Assembly (NCBI GenBank): GCA_022530585.1
Contig: CP092821.1
Location: 457,525-521,524 of the forward strand
Direction: 5' to 3'
Source: Candidatus Nealsonbacteria bacterium DGGOD1a
GTDB taxonomy: Bacteria > Patescibacteriota > Minisyncoccia > Minisyncoccales > UBA5738
Length of the DNA: 64,000 nt
Part shown: in pieces, positions 1 to 8,709 of the stretch
Layout: the number at the start of each line of letters is the position of its first letter
Numbering within the stretch: position 1 is the first letter of the stretch
Notes under the pieces: model-generated
Databases searched by the model: none
What the model was told of the DNA's origin: nothing
What the model saw: the letters and a program-made list of their open reading frames with translations, nothing else
Made by a program: the position numbers and the translations under genes

Positions 1-363
1 AAGCAGCGATCCGGTAATATTCAATCCTACCATATTTATTGTTTGCCCGATGGCGGCTCTCGCGAGAATCAGATTGCCCATCAGTTTTCCGCGGCCGAAG
101 AAAAACGAACCGTCAATTATGGCGCCGGCCATATTTATGCTTCCGTTGACTATCGTATCGGCAAGAAAAACATTGCCCATTATTGAACAACCCTCCAGGT
201 TTATCCCGTAGTCAAGATTTTTTTCCGCCAGCGAAAGAAATTTTAAACTTTTGCCGCGGAAATCAGCTTCTCTCCGGTCCAAGGTGGCTTTGTCGATCTC
301 GCGATCAATATCTTCCTTGCCGAGGATGGAAACCGCTTTTCCGGCAATAATAAATTCTTCCAT
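1..363 (-). CDS. Hypothetical protein with pentapeptide/beta-helix-like repeats; runs off the window edge
   Basis: Manual translation from ATG at 363: MEEFIIAGK...GINLEGCSIMGNVFLADTIVNGSINMAGAIIDGSFFF..., open to base 1; about 11-residue periodicity. Confidence 0.6.
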   Translation of the reverse strand, partial: MEEFIIAGKAVSILGKEDIDREIDKATLDRREADFRGKSLKFLSLAEKNLDYGINLEGCSIMGNVFLADTIVNGSINMAGAIIDGSFFFGRGKLMGNLILARAAIGQTINMVGLNITGSLL

Positions 364-408
364 TGAGAAAATGAAGTATAATGATATTATAATTTAAAAA
401 TCCGCAAA

Positions 409-1119
409 TTGAAAATCGCGCGGAAGAATTCGGTGGCAAAAAACAATCGATTGTTTTACGAAAAAAAATATTCGCGCGCCGGATTTGAAATTATTATCGG
501 CGTCGACGAGGCGGGCCGGGGGCCGCTTGCCGGCCCGGTCGCGGCCGGCGCGGTGGCTTTGCTTGGCGCCGGCGGCCGCGGCAATTTGCCGCGCCGTTTG
601 TTTGAAGATGTTGATGATTCAAAAAAACTTTCCGCGCGGAAACGGGAGGAGCTTTTTGAAATTATCGTTAATTGCGAAAAAATTATTTGGGCCGGCGCTC
701 TGGTTTGGCCGCGGACAATCGACCGGATTAACATTTTCGAGGCTTCAAAGCTGGCAATGGCCCGGGCGGCCGCGGGGATTGTCCGCAAACGGAAGAATTG
801 TTCCGCGCAAAAGATATTTTGCCTGATTGACGGCAATTTTCCGATAAAAGTTCCTTATCCGCAAAGGTCGGTTATTTCCGGCGACGCGAAAGTTTTTTCG
901 ATTTCCGCGGCCAGCATTGTGGCCAAAGTCATCCGCGACCGGGTGATGCGAGGACTGGACAAAAAATATCCGGCCTACGGATTCGCGCGGCACAAAGGCT
1001 ATCCGACCAAAGAACATCTGGCGGCGTTGCGCCGGCACGGATTGTCGCCGGTTCACCGCTTGAGTTTCGGGCCTTGCGCCGTTTTGCAAAGAAAGGCTAT
1101 AATAAAATCATATAATTAA
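409..1119 (+). CDS. rnhB: Ribonuclease HII
   Basis: GVDEAGRGPLAGPV, DSKKLS, IDGN, SISAASIVAKV, HKGYPT, HRLSF motifs. Confidence 0.97.
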   Translation: MKIARKNSVAKNNRLFYEKKYSRAGFEIIIGVDEAGRGPLAGPVAAGAVALLGAGGRGNLPRRLFEDVDDSKKLSARKREELFEIIVNCEKIIWAGALVWPRTIDRINIFEASKLAMARAAAGIVRKRKNCSAQKIFCLIDGNFPIKVPYPQRSVISGDAKVFSISAASIVAKVIRDRVMRGLDKKYPAYGFARHKGYPTKEHLAALRRHGLSPVHRLSFGPCAVLQRKAIIKSYN

Positions 1120-1131
1120 TCTTTTAAAAAA

Positions 1132-1668
1132 ATGGCAATCGCAAAACACAACAAAAAAATCGATAAAATGGCAATGGTTGGTTTCGCCGCCAATTTTTGC
1201 GCGGTTTTTTCGCTCATATATATTGTGGCGCTGCTGCTGGTGGCGAATATTTTCGGTTCAAACCGCGCCGCGATGGCATCGCTGGCGCAGCCAATCGCGA
1301 ATTCCGCTTGTTCGGCGGTGGCGGGAGAACCGCTCGCGGCCGCGATTCCCGCGATCTTGTTCCCGGTATCGGCGGACAATCCCAGCGAGAGCGTGATTAA
1401 AATCTCGATTGATGACGGCGGATGGACGCCAAAAGAAATTGATTTGAGTCTTTCGAGCGCGCGCACCGTTGAAATTTCCAACAAAGGCGTAAATCCGCAT
1501 TCATTCGTGATTGACGGGCTGGGCATTGATTCGGGCGAGATCGCGCCCGGCGCGGCCAAGACGGTATTTTTGCAAAATTTATCGGGAGAAGCGGCCATTT
1601 ATCCGTTCTATTCAAATATCTCCGGCGACGATAAAGAAAAGTTCAGCGGTCAGATAACGATATTGTAA
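1132..1668 (+). CDS. Membrane-anchored cupredoxin-like domain protein
   Basis: N-terminal TM segment; GWTPKEI..V..SNKG..PHSF..I.PG...YPFY cupredoxin-like pattern. Confidence 0.7.
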   Translation: MAIAKHNKKIDKMAMVGFAANFCAVFSLIYIVALLLVANIFGSNRAAMASLAQPIANSACSAVAGEPLAAAIPAILFPVSADNPSESVIKISIDDGGWTPKEIDLSLSSARTVEISNKGVNPHSFVIDGLGIDSGEIAPGAAKTVFLQNLSGEAAIYPFYSNISGDDKEKFSGQITIL

Positions 1669-1800
1669 TGTCTGTGGCGGGGAGCGAATTTGTTGAGGTT
1701 TGACCTCAACTTTCGGAGGCCAACTTTTGCCCGCAAGCCGAAGATTGGCCTTCGCATTCGCTTCCGGAGTTAATCCCGGCGAGCGGTTGCTGCCGCAATC

Positions 1801-1829
1801 TTGAATTTTTTAGCAAATCGTGCTATAAT
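1801..1829 (+). promoter_or_regulatory. Sigma70-type promoter for rpmF-nusB-rnc
   Basis: TTGAAT-17 bp-TATAAT with extended TG. Confidence 0.6.
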
Positions 1830-1917
1830 TTGCGCATTATAATCATTTTGAGTTATTTTGGCGTATTTTGAGTTTTTCTATCAACTCATCAACTCATTTA
1901 CTCATATACTTATTGCT

Positions 1918-2190
1918 ATGGGTGGCGTACCAAAAAAGAGACATACAAAAGGAAGCCGGAACCAGCGCCGGATGCATTTATTTCTGGAAAAACCGAATAT
2001 GACCGTTTGCAAAAAGTGCGGCAAGCCGGTTATGTCGCACATTGTTTGTCCGGCCTGCGGATTTTACAAGGGCAAGGAAGTGATTGATGTGCTGTCAAAA
2101 CTTGACCGCCGCCAGCGTCGCGCCAAAGAAATGGAAATAGCGAAAACCCAGGCGGAGTCGGAAGTTGCGGCCAAACAAACCGCCAAATAG
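1918..2190 (+). CDS. rpmF: 50S ribosomal protein L32
   Basis: MGGVPKKRHTK...CKKCG...HIVCPACGFYKG; ATG at 1918. Confidence 0.97.
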   Translation: MGGVPKKRHTKGSRNQRRMHLFLEKPNMTVCKKCGKPVMSHIVCPACGFYKGKEVIDVLSKLDRRQRRAKEMEIAKTQAESEVAAKQTAK

Positions 2191-2226
2191 TCGAATTCTG
2201 TTCCCGATTTTGAAATTGAGAATCGT

Positions 2227-2257
2227 CCCGCTTGGCGGGATCCCGCCAGGCGGGAGA
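2227..2257. repeat. Double GC hairpin CCCGCTTGGCGGGATCCCGC..GCGGGA, second copy at 7421-7450
   Basis: Direct sequence match between the two intergenic sites. Confidence 0.8.
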
Positions 2258-2277
2258 AATTTTGGAATTTTTTTGAT

Positions 2278-2754
2278 ATGGCTTCACGGCACCTCACTCG
2301 TTCAATCGTAATGCAATCCCTTTTTGAATGGGATTTTTACGGCAAGTCGGGCGATCTGGCCGGAATCTTACAGAGAAATCTGGATGAATTCGGGCCCGGG
2401 CTGGAGGAAAAAACATTCGCTTCCGATCTTATCGCCGGAGTGGTCGGGAAAATGGAAAGCTTGGATAAAGTAATCGAAAAAGCCGCGCCGCAATGGCCGA
2501 TTGATCAGATCAGCGTGGTGGATCGGAATATCTTGCGTTTGGGATTGTTCGAGCTTTTGTATGAAGATAAAAAAGCGGTGCCGCCCAAAGTGGCTATCAA
2601 CGAGGCGATTGAACTGGCCAAGAATTTCGGCGGGGAAAGTTCGGGCAAGTTCGTGAACGGGGTTCTGGGCACGATCTATAAAGAAATGCTGATCGCGAAT
2701 CCCGAATTGGCCGATGCGAACGATAAAGAGCGTGCCGTTGGGGATGTTGTTTAA
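2278..2754 (+). CDS. nusB: Transcription antitermination factor NusB
   Basis: VDRNILRLG, VPPKVAINEAIELAKNFG, KFVNGVLG. Confidence 0.97.
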   Translation: MASRHLTRSIVMQSLFEWDFYGKSGDLAGILQRNLDEFGPGLEEKTFASDLIAGVVGKMESLDKVIEKAAPQWPIDQISVVDRNILRLGLFELLYEDKKAVPPKVAINEAIELAKNFGGESSGKFVNGVLGTIYKEMLIANPELADANDKERAVGDVV

Positions 2755-2756
2755 AT

Positions 2757-2870
2757 TTAAAATTGAAAAATCAAAATGTAAAATGACAAATTAAAATGTT
2801 AAAATGTCGCAATTTAGACATTTTATGGTTTTACATTGTCATTTTGATCTTTGATTTTTCCATTTTCAAC
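2757..2870. repeat. AT-rich palindromic element family E (AAAATGACAA...TTGTCATTTT); other copies about 7118-7232, 54089-54207, 55516-55622, 61992-62105
   Basis: Imperfect inverted arms of degenerate 7-mers with a shared ATGAC/GTCAT core (ATGGC/GCCAT in one copy). Confidence 0.8.
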
Positions 2871-2878
2871 TTTTGATA

Positions 2879-3571
2879 ATGAAAGAATTTAGCGAACTTG
2901 AGAACAAACTGGGTATTTTTTTCAAAAATAAGGATTTGCTGACGCAGGCGTTTATTCACCGGTCATACCTTAACGAAAATCCTCAAGTTAATTTGGGGAA
3001 TAACGAGCGGTTGGAATTTCTGGGCGACGCGGTGCTTGAGCTGGCGTCCACGGAATATCTTTATGCCGAATACCCCGGCGAATCCGAAGGCAAATTGACC
3101 AGTTGGCGCGCCGCGCTCGTGAACACGAAAACTATTTCGGCGGCCGGATCAAGAATCGGTTTTGGCGATTTTCTGCTTTTGTCCAGGGGCGAAGCCAAGG
3201 AAGAGGGTAAATCGCGGCAATATATTCTGGCCAACACTTTCGAAGCGTTCATCGGCAGTCTGTATCTTGATCATGGCTATGCCGCGTGCCGGGATTTTAT
3301 CGCCAAATATTTGTTGGTGGAGCTTCCCAAAATTATCGAGCAGGAACTTTACCGCGACGCCAAGTCGCGCTTCCAGGAAGTCGCGCAGGAAAAGGCCAAG
3401 GTGACGCCCACTTATCAGGTTTTGGAAGAAAAAGGCCCGGATCACGCCAAATTTTTTCTGGTCGGCGTTTACTTGGGCCGCGAACTGATAGCCAAAGGCG
3501 GCGGTTATTCCAAACAAGAAGCCGAAGAAGAAACCGCCAAAGCCGCGTTGGAAGCCAAAGGCTGGAGCTGA
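2879..3571 (+). CDS. rnc: Ribonuclease III
   Basis: NERLEFLGDAVL signature plus C-terminal dsRBD (GPDH..F..V). Confidence 0.98.
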   Translation: MKEFSELENKLGIFFKNKDLLTQAFIHRSYLNENPQVNLGNNERLEFLGDAVLELASTEYLYAEYPGESEGKLTSWRAALVNTKTISAAGSRIGFGDFLLLSRGEAKEEGKSRQYILANTFEAFIGSLYLDHGYAACRDFIAKYLLVELPKIIEQELYRDAKSRFQEVAQEKAKVTPTYQVLEEKGPDHAKFFLVGVYLGRELIAKGGGYSKQEAEEETAKAALEAKGWS

Positions 3572-3886
3572 TTTTTGAGTTTTTTGATTTTATATTCGTA
3601 TTTAAGGTGCGACCTCGGCAAACCGCACTTTTGTTTTCCCTAGCCTTCTTCGCGCGGGATTTTTTGGTTTTGTTTTAGGCAAGGACATTTTCCGCTTTTA
3701 ACACTTCGTTGGGAGTTTCGTAATTCAAAGAATTTATGTATTTTTTGCTATCGCAAAATTTACATAATGAAATAATTTCCTTCTTGCGCAAGGATAATTA
3801 TGAGCGATGCCTAAAAAATTGACAAAAGGCGGGAAAATAGGGCAATATAAATAAACAAATTGGATATAAATTATTATTAAATTGAC

Positions 3887-4105
3887 ATGAGTTACAAATT
3901 TACATTAATTACAATTAAAGAAGGGAAATGGTTTGTGATTCGTTGCGCGGAATTGGGAGTGGTCAGCCAAGGCAAAACTCTAAAAGAAGCGCGAAAAAAC
4001 ATCAAAGAAGCGGTTGAACTTTATTTGGAAGACAATCCGGATAGCAAAAAGTATTTATCCCAAAAAGATCCTTTAATTTCCACTCTTGAATTGGAATATG
4101 CCTAA
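3887..4105 (+). CDS. HicB-family antitoxin
   Basis: ELGVVSQGKTLKEARKNIKEAVELYLE. Confidence 0.9.
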   Translation: MSYKFTLITIKEGKWFVIRCAELGVVSQGKTLKEARKNIKEAVELYLEDNPDSKKYLSQKDPLISTLELEYA

Positions 4106-4325
4106 AAAAGTTTTTTCGGGCAAGGTTGTGATAAAAATTTTGTGCCGCGATTTTGGTTTCAATTTTGTTTCCCAAAAGGGAAGTCATGTGAAATTGAAAA
4201 GGGTTGTTGAACGGAAAGAGATTATCACAATTGTACCGCTTCACAGAGAATTATCTTATGGAACATTCAAGGGGGCTTTGGATTTGGCGCAAGTGGAAAT
4301 AAAAGATTTTTTGAACAAAATTTGA
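4098..4325 (+). CDS. HicA-family toxin
   Basis: GF..VSQKGSHVKL...VPLHREL..GT; overlaps the hicB stop. Confidence 0.9.
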   Translation: MPKKVFSGKVVIKILCRDFGFNFVSQKGSHVKLKRVVERKEIITIVPLHRELSYGTFKGALDLAQVEIKDFLNKI

Positions 4326-4420
4326 GCAACTATTCAGTTTTCCCCGGCAATATTGACATTGATGCTTATCGATCGCGGATTTAAGGCCTCTGTGTTTTGA
4401 GAGGATGGTTTTTGATCCGT

Positions 4421-4547
4421 TTATTGAGTGCAATACCTCGGGGCTTTGCCCCGGGTGCACCAAGAGGATTCCAAAGGGGTGCCCCCTTTGGTCGTCGTGC
4501 GGGGTTCATACCCCGCTCGACGAAATACATTTGGAAAATATATTTTT
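4421..4547 (+). mobile_element. Non-coding three-hairpin element, probably a non-autonomous IS200/IS605-type element; near-identical copy at 11808-11935
   Basis: About 127 bp duplicated with a 1-nt indel; first hairpin CCTCGGGGCTTTGCCCCGGG resembles IS200-type end hairpins. Confidence 0.65.
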
Positions 4548-4645
4548 GATTTTCGGAAGAACTGGATAATCACAAGTTTGAAATTTGCAAAAAGCGTTAA
4601 GTTGTGTTATATATAACGGGTAATATAAATCTCTATAAATAGACT

Positions 4646-4972
4646 ATGTTAACCATAAGACTGCATCGTATCGGCAAGACCAACCAGCCGTCGTTTAAAA
4701 TCGTGGTGGTGGACAAGCGGACATCCGCGGCCGCGGGAAAATTTTGCGAAGAGGTTGGTTCCGTCAACCGCGTTATCAAACAGATCAAGCTGGATAAAGA
4801 TCGAATAACCTATTGGATTTCAAAAGGCGCCCAGCCTTCGCCGACCGTGAACAACATTCTTGTTTCGCAAAAAGTGATCAAAGGCAAAAAGATCGCGGTG
4901 CACGCCCAACCCAAGAAAACCGAAACCGCGGCGGCCGCGGCTCCGGCCGCGGCTCCAAAATCGGCCGCATAA
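4646..4972 (+). CDS. rpsP: 30S ribosomal protein S16
   Basis: MLTIRLHRIGK...IVVVDKR...YWISKGAQPSPTV. Confidence 0.97.
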   Translation: MLTIRLHRIGKTNQPSFKIVVVDKRTSAAAGKFCEEVGSVNRVIKQIKLDKDRITYWISKGAQPSPTVNNILVSQKVIKGKKIAVHAQPKKTETAAAAAPAAAPKSAA

Positions 4973-4978
4973 AAAAAT

Positions 4979-5008
4979 TTGACATTTGGTTTTGCCTTCG
5001 GATATAAT
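4979..5008 (+). promoter_or_regulatory. Sigma70-type promoter upstream of the KH gene
   Basis: TTGACA-18 bp-TATAAT. Confidence 0.6.
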
Positions 5009-5051
5009 TGATATATCGCAGCCGGAAAGGTCGAAATGTTACATTTTTTGA

Positions 5052-5399
5052 ATGAACGATATTATGGAGAAAAAAACTGTTGACCACGAATTTCTTGAAT
5101 TCTTGATCAAGTCGCTGGTGGATCATCCCGAGGATGTCATTGTCAACCGCACGGTTGACGAGATGGGCGTTCTTTTGTCGCTGAAAGTGAATGCCGAAGA
5201 TATGGGCCAAATTATCGGCCGCAACGGCAGCACTGCCAGAGCCATCAGGAATTTGGTCAGGATCATCGGTCTCAAAAACCACGCGCGCGTGAACCTCAAG
5301 ATTGAGGAGCCCGAAGGCGGGCGGCGCGTCCCGCATGTGGCGGAAGGCGGGGAAAAACCCGCGGCGCCGGATGAGGAAGTCGATGACCTTAAGTTCTAA
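5052..5399 (+). CDS. khpA: KH-domain RNA-binding protein (KhpA/YlqC family)
   Basis: LVDHPEDV, DMGQIIGRNGSTARAIR; position after rpsP. Confidence 0.92.
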   Translation: MNDIMEKKTVDHEFLEFLIKSLVDHPEDVIVNRTVDEMGVLLSLKVNAEDMGQIIGRNGSTARAIRNLVRIIGLKNHARVNLKIEEPEGGRRVPHVAEGGEKPAAPDEEVDDLKF

Positions 5400-5457
5400 A
5401 TCACAATCAAAAGAAAACCCCGAGCCCGAAAGCGAGGGGCTTTCTTTTTTACAGAAT

Positions 5458-5595
5458 AATTTTCAAACTCCAATTTTCAATTATCAATGAATTTTCAATG
5501 TTTCAATGAACCAAACGAAATGCGAATCCGAATTTTGTTTGAGGCATTGGAATTTGGAACATTGATTGAAAATTGGAGTTTGAAAATTGAAAATT
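5458..5595. repeat. Palindromic element family F (AATTTTCAAACTCCAATTTTCAAT...ATTGAAAATTGGAGTTTGAAAATT); related tracts at 7400-7535, 13776-13803, 20915-20985, 61070-61190
   Basis: 24-bp perfect inverted arms made of TGAAAAT-like heptamers. Confidence 0.8.
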
Positions 5596-5602
5596 AAATT
5601 TT

Positions 5603-6298
5603 ATGATTGCTTTTGATTTTATTACAATTTTTCCCGATATCGTTAAGCCTTATTTTGAGGAGTCTTTGTTCAAGAAGGCGGTTGAAAAGAAGCTTTTGAA
5701 AATCAGAACGCATAATTTGCGCGATTTCGCGATTGATAAACATCATACCGTCGATGACAGCCCTTATGGCGGCGGCTTTGGCATGGTGATGAAAGTTGAT
5801 GTGTGGCACAAGGCGATTGCGAGCGCGGCCAAGCTAAAAGCGGCGGGCAAGAAATTAAAACCAACCGACAAGGGCGTTGCCATAATCATGCTTACGCCCC
5901 GCGGAAAAAAATTCAACCAGAAAATGGCGCAAAAACTGGCGAAAATGAAGCAGATCGTTTTTATTTGCGGCCGTTACGAAGGCGTGGATGAACGGGTGGC
6001 CAAAAATATCGCCACCATCGAAGTCAGCGCGGGCGACTATGATTTGATGGGCGGGGAATTGCCGGCAATGGTTATCGCCGAAGCCGTGAGCCGTTTGATC
6101 CCGGGGGTGATCGGCAAACCCGAATTTTTAAAGGAGCGCAACGGCAAAGAAGGTTTTTTCGAGAGCGCGCAATACACCCGGCCGGAAGTTTACAGCCCTA
6201 AAAAAGGAATCGAATGGAAAGTCCCCAAGGAACTGCTTCGCGGCGATCCCAAAGTTATCAATGCTTGGCGGGAGAAACACGGCAAAACCATTATTTAG
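5603..6298 (+). CDS. trmD: tRNA (guanine-N1)-methyltransferase
   Basis: VDDSPYGGGFGMVM, CGRYEGVDERV, GDYDLMGGE, QYTRP. Confidence 0.98.
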   Translation: MIAFDFITIFPDIVKPYFEESLFKKAVEKKLLKIRTHNLRDFAIDKHHTVDDSPYGGGFGMVMKVDVWHKAIASAAKLKAAGKKLKPTDKGVAIIMLTPRGKKFNQKMAQKLAKMKQIVFICGRYEGVDERVAKNIATIEVSAGDYDLMGGELPAMVIAEAVSRLIPGVIGKPEFLKERNGKEGFFESAQYTRPEVYSPKKGIEWKVPKELLRGDPKVINAWREKHGKTII

Positions 6299-6350
6299 GT
6301 ATTGGAAATTGATTTTTTATCTATTTTTTGTTACTAATAAATTGATTAAA

Positions 6351-6494
6351 ATGGATGCGGTAGATTGCAGTAAATGCGGCGACACTATGACCGTGTCGAA
6401 AGATGGGAAGAATCTCGAGTGCAATAATTGCGGCGAGGTTAATTCCTTGGAATTTGTTCACATTGGGCGTGATGGCAGAACTGTTCATAACTGA
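6351..6494 (+). CDS. Small Zn-ribbon protein (47 aa)
   Basis: CSKCG...ECNNCG pairs; ATG at 6351. Confidence 0.55.
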   Translation: MDAVDCSKCGDTMTVSKDGKNLECNNCGEVNSLEFVHIGRDGRTVHN

Positions 6495-6562
6495 TGCCAT
6501 CAAGCCTTGTTTTTTTATTGAAAAACGGTATACTGTATTCGTGTTGAAAAATGGATGAGAAT

Positions 6563-6668
6563 ACTTGTAATTAGTGTGTGTAATTTGTAGTTAGGAGCGG
6601 CAAATTTTTTATCAGTCATATAAAATTTTTTACCATTTACTAATTACCAAGTACCAATTACTAATTAT
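6563..6668. repeat. GTAATTA/TAATTAC heptamer palindrome; inverted sister copy at 7703-7806
   Basis: CTTGTAATTAGTGTGTGTAATTTGTAGTT is the exact reverse complement of about 7778-7806. Confidence 0.85.
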
Positions 6669-6693
6669 TGCAAATTTTGAAAAAATTTGCCGC

Positions 6694-6776
6694 GGGTTGG
6701 TACCAAAGTAGTCAAATGGACCGCGCTGTAAACGCGGTGGCCTACGCCTTCAGGGGTGCAAATCCCTTCCAGCCCA
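6694..6776 (+). tRNA. tRNA-Tyr (GTA)
   Basis: GGGTTGG/CCAGCCC acceptor, CCGCG-CTGTAAA-CGCGG anticodon arm, long variable arm; CCA not encoded. Confidence 0.93.
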
Positions 6777-6851
6777 CACTATAGACCAATGTTATCTATA
6801 GGAGTTGGTTTGCTATTATGCATAAATGATTTATAATAAAATCAATCATTT

Positions 6852-7019
6852 ATGAAACTAACAGCCGCCATTCTTAAAAAAATATATTCAGAGGATAAAA
6901 AGTCAGTTTTTGAGGTTTCGCGAATTTTAAATTGTTCGGAAAATAAAATAAATTATTGGTTGAGAAAATATAAGATTGCCAAGAGATCAATGGGCGAGGC
7001 GATATTGTTTGCGGAATGA
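6852..7019 (+). CDS. 55-aa HTH-like protein or truncated remnant
   Basis: Manual translation MKLTAAILKKIYSEDKKSVFEVSRILNCSENKINYWLRKYKIAKRSMGEAILFAE. Confidence 0.55.
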   Translation: MKLTAAILKKIYSEDKKSVFEVSRILNCSENKINYWLRKYKIAKRSMGEAILFAE

Positions 7020-7038
7020 TTGACAACTTAAAATAAAT

Positions 7039-7109
7039 GCCGGGATAGCTCAGTGGCAGAGCGTGCGCATGGTAAGCGTAATACCCGAGTCCGATTCTCG
7101 GTCCTGGCT
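7039..7109 (+). tRNA. tRNA-Thr (GGT)
   Basis: GCCGGGA/TCCTGGC acceptor, GCTC/GAGC D-stem, TGCGC-ATGGTAA-GCGTA. Confidence 0.92.
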
Positions 7110-7237
7110 CAAAGAAGTGTAAAATTTAAAAATCAGAGTTAAAAATGGCAGTGTAAAGTCTAAAATCAATCAATTCCAAAATTTTACATTTTACATTGCC
7201 ATTTTAATCTTTGATATTTACATTTTTAATTTGAATT

Positions 7238-7399
7238 ATGGCCACAAAAAAGAAACCGTTCGTGAAGCTTCAGTGCGCTTCGTGCAAGAGCATTAATTAT
7301 CGCAGCCACAAATCCAAAACCATGGAAGGCAAATTGGAATTGGTTAAGTTTTGCAAGATCGAGCGCAAGCGCACCAAACACAAGGAAATCAAAAAATAA
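7238..7399 (+). CDS. rpmG: 50S ribosomal protein L33 (not in ORF track)
   Basis: MATKKKPFVKLQCASCKSINY...KLELVKFCKIERKRTKHKEIKK. Confidence 0.95.
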   Translation: MATKKKPFVKLQCASCKSINYRSHKSKTMEGKLELVKFCKIERKRTKHKEIKK

Positions 7400-7603
7400 G
7401 ATGTCCAATACCAAATTTCTCCCGCTTGGCGGGATCCCGCGATGCGGGACAATGTCAAATGGCGCGATTTTTTTGGAAATTGAGCCATTAAAAATCTATT
7501 GGAAATTGGCAATTGGCAATTGAAAATTTTGAAAAGTTAAAAACTTGGCAAGCCAAGAAAGTTTGTTATACTGAAAAAATAATTATTGCCGTTCGGCAAT
7601 AAA

Positions 7604-7674
7604 GGGGGCGTGGTGAAGTGGTATCATAAAGATCTCCAAAATCTTTGTCTCTGGTTCGAATCCAGGCGCCCCCG
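7604..7674 (+). tRNA. tRNA-Trp (CCA)
   Basis: GGGGGCG/CGCCCCC acceptor, AAGAT-CTCCAAA-ATCTT, GGTTCGAATCC. Confidence 0.95.
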
Positions 7675-7833
7675 CAAGCGACTTTCGCGGCGCTTCAGTC
7701 GCAGTAATTAGTAGTTGGCACTTAGTAATTGGGGAATAGGAGGGATTATATATCATCAAAGCGAAAGGCGCTTCCCAAACTACAAATTACACACACTAAT
7801 TACAAGCATTTCGCATTTTGATTTATTTAACTT

Positions 7834-8180
7834 ATGTTTGATTTCGAAAACCCGGAGGTTACCGCAAATCAAAGGAACTCAACAAGGAGGTTCTTTTATT
7901 TTTATCTGCCAACAAACAAATCGATTCTTATATCCGCGACCAGCTAAAGCGTGCCGCCATCAGCATAACCATCAATATCGCCGAGGGTAGCGGCAAATTC
8001 TCCAAAGCCGACAAGCGAAACTTCTATACTATCTCCCGCGGTTCGGTCTATGAATGTGTTTCCTTAATGGAATTAATCCTGGACGAAAACCAGATCCCCA
8101 AAGAAAGATTTAGCTATTTTTATCAAAAGCTCGAAATCCTTTCTAAAATGATTCTGGGTTTGATAAACAGCCAAAAATGA
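7834..8180 (+). pseudogene. Four-helix-bundle protein (23S rRNA IVP-like family), frameshifted
   Basis: 347 nt from ATG to TGA; adding one T at GAGGTT^AC (about 7860) gives MFDFENPEVYRKSKEL...DQLKRAAISITINIAEGSGK...FYTISRGSVYEC. Confidence 0.85.
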
Positions 8181-8277
8181 TCCGGGTCCGTCCACACATT
8201 GCAAAAAGCTCGCCGAGGTCAGTCTTGTATATATCCAGCAGATTTTTCGCCGGAAAAACCAAACCTGAATAAGTATT

Positions 8278-8330
8278 TTGAATTACGAAACCATTAAATC
8301 CAAATACTGTTGAAGCGTTTCGTAATTCAA
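8278..8330. mobile_element. MITE-like family C with TIR TTGAATTRCGAAAC; other copies 15891-15990, 47830-47928, 62105-62266; half copies 3716-3728, 26263-26276
   Basis: 14-19 bp terminal inverted repeats shared among copies with variable interiors. Confidence 0.7.
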
Positions 8331-8457
8331 AGTAAGCAAACGAAAAGCCGCCTAAAAATACGGGAATACGCGTCCCGGCGAGCGGTTGTTCTTGCTTTTC
8401 CGTCGCGGATAAAAAATTGTGGTATAATGAAAAAATTTAAATTATTCGGCGCCCAAG

Positions 8458-8640
8458 ATGGGCAAAGAGGAAAACGCGATCATCGATGATTTTTTGGCTT
8501 CAATGTGCGGGCAAATCGATAATTTTACGGATTTCAAGCTGGTTGGCGGCAACGAAAAAATATTCGATAAGATTAAGAGTATTCGCAACGCCCGAGAGTA
8601 TCCAAAGGGTTTCGCGCCGGCGGGCGGAAAGAAACGATGA
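8458..8640 (+). CDS. Hypothetical protein (60 aa)
   Basis: ORF downstream of TG-TATAAT; no recognised motif. Confidence 0.4.
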   Translation: MGKEENAIIDDFLASMCGQIDNFTDFKLVGGNEKIFDKIKSIRNAREYPKGFAPAGGKKR

Positions 8641-8709
8641 TCCGCCGGTATTGATCGCGCGGATAATCGCGTTTTTTGATTTTCAGGCAAGATGGGGTAA
8701 AATCCAATA

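Noticed and set aside
4428..4616. Duplicated small protein (also 11765-12136 and 58486-58698)
   Set aside because: These are translations of the hairpin repeat elements, with no protein-like features
6694..7109. tRNA pseudogenes (T-loops TGCAAAT and TCCGATT)
   Set aside because: All stems pair and anticodon loops are canonical; treated as functional variants
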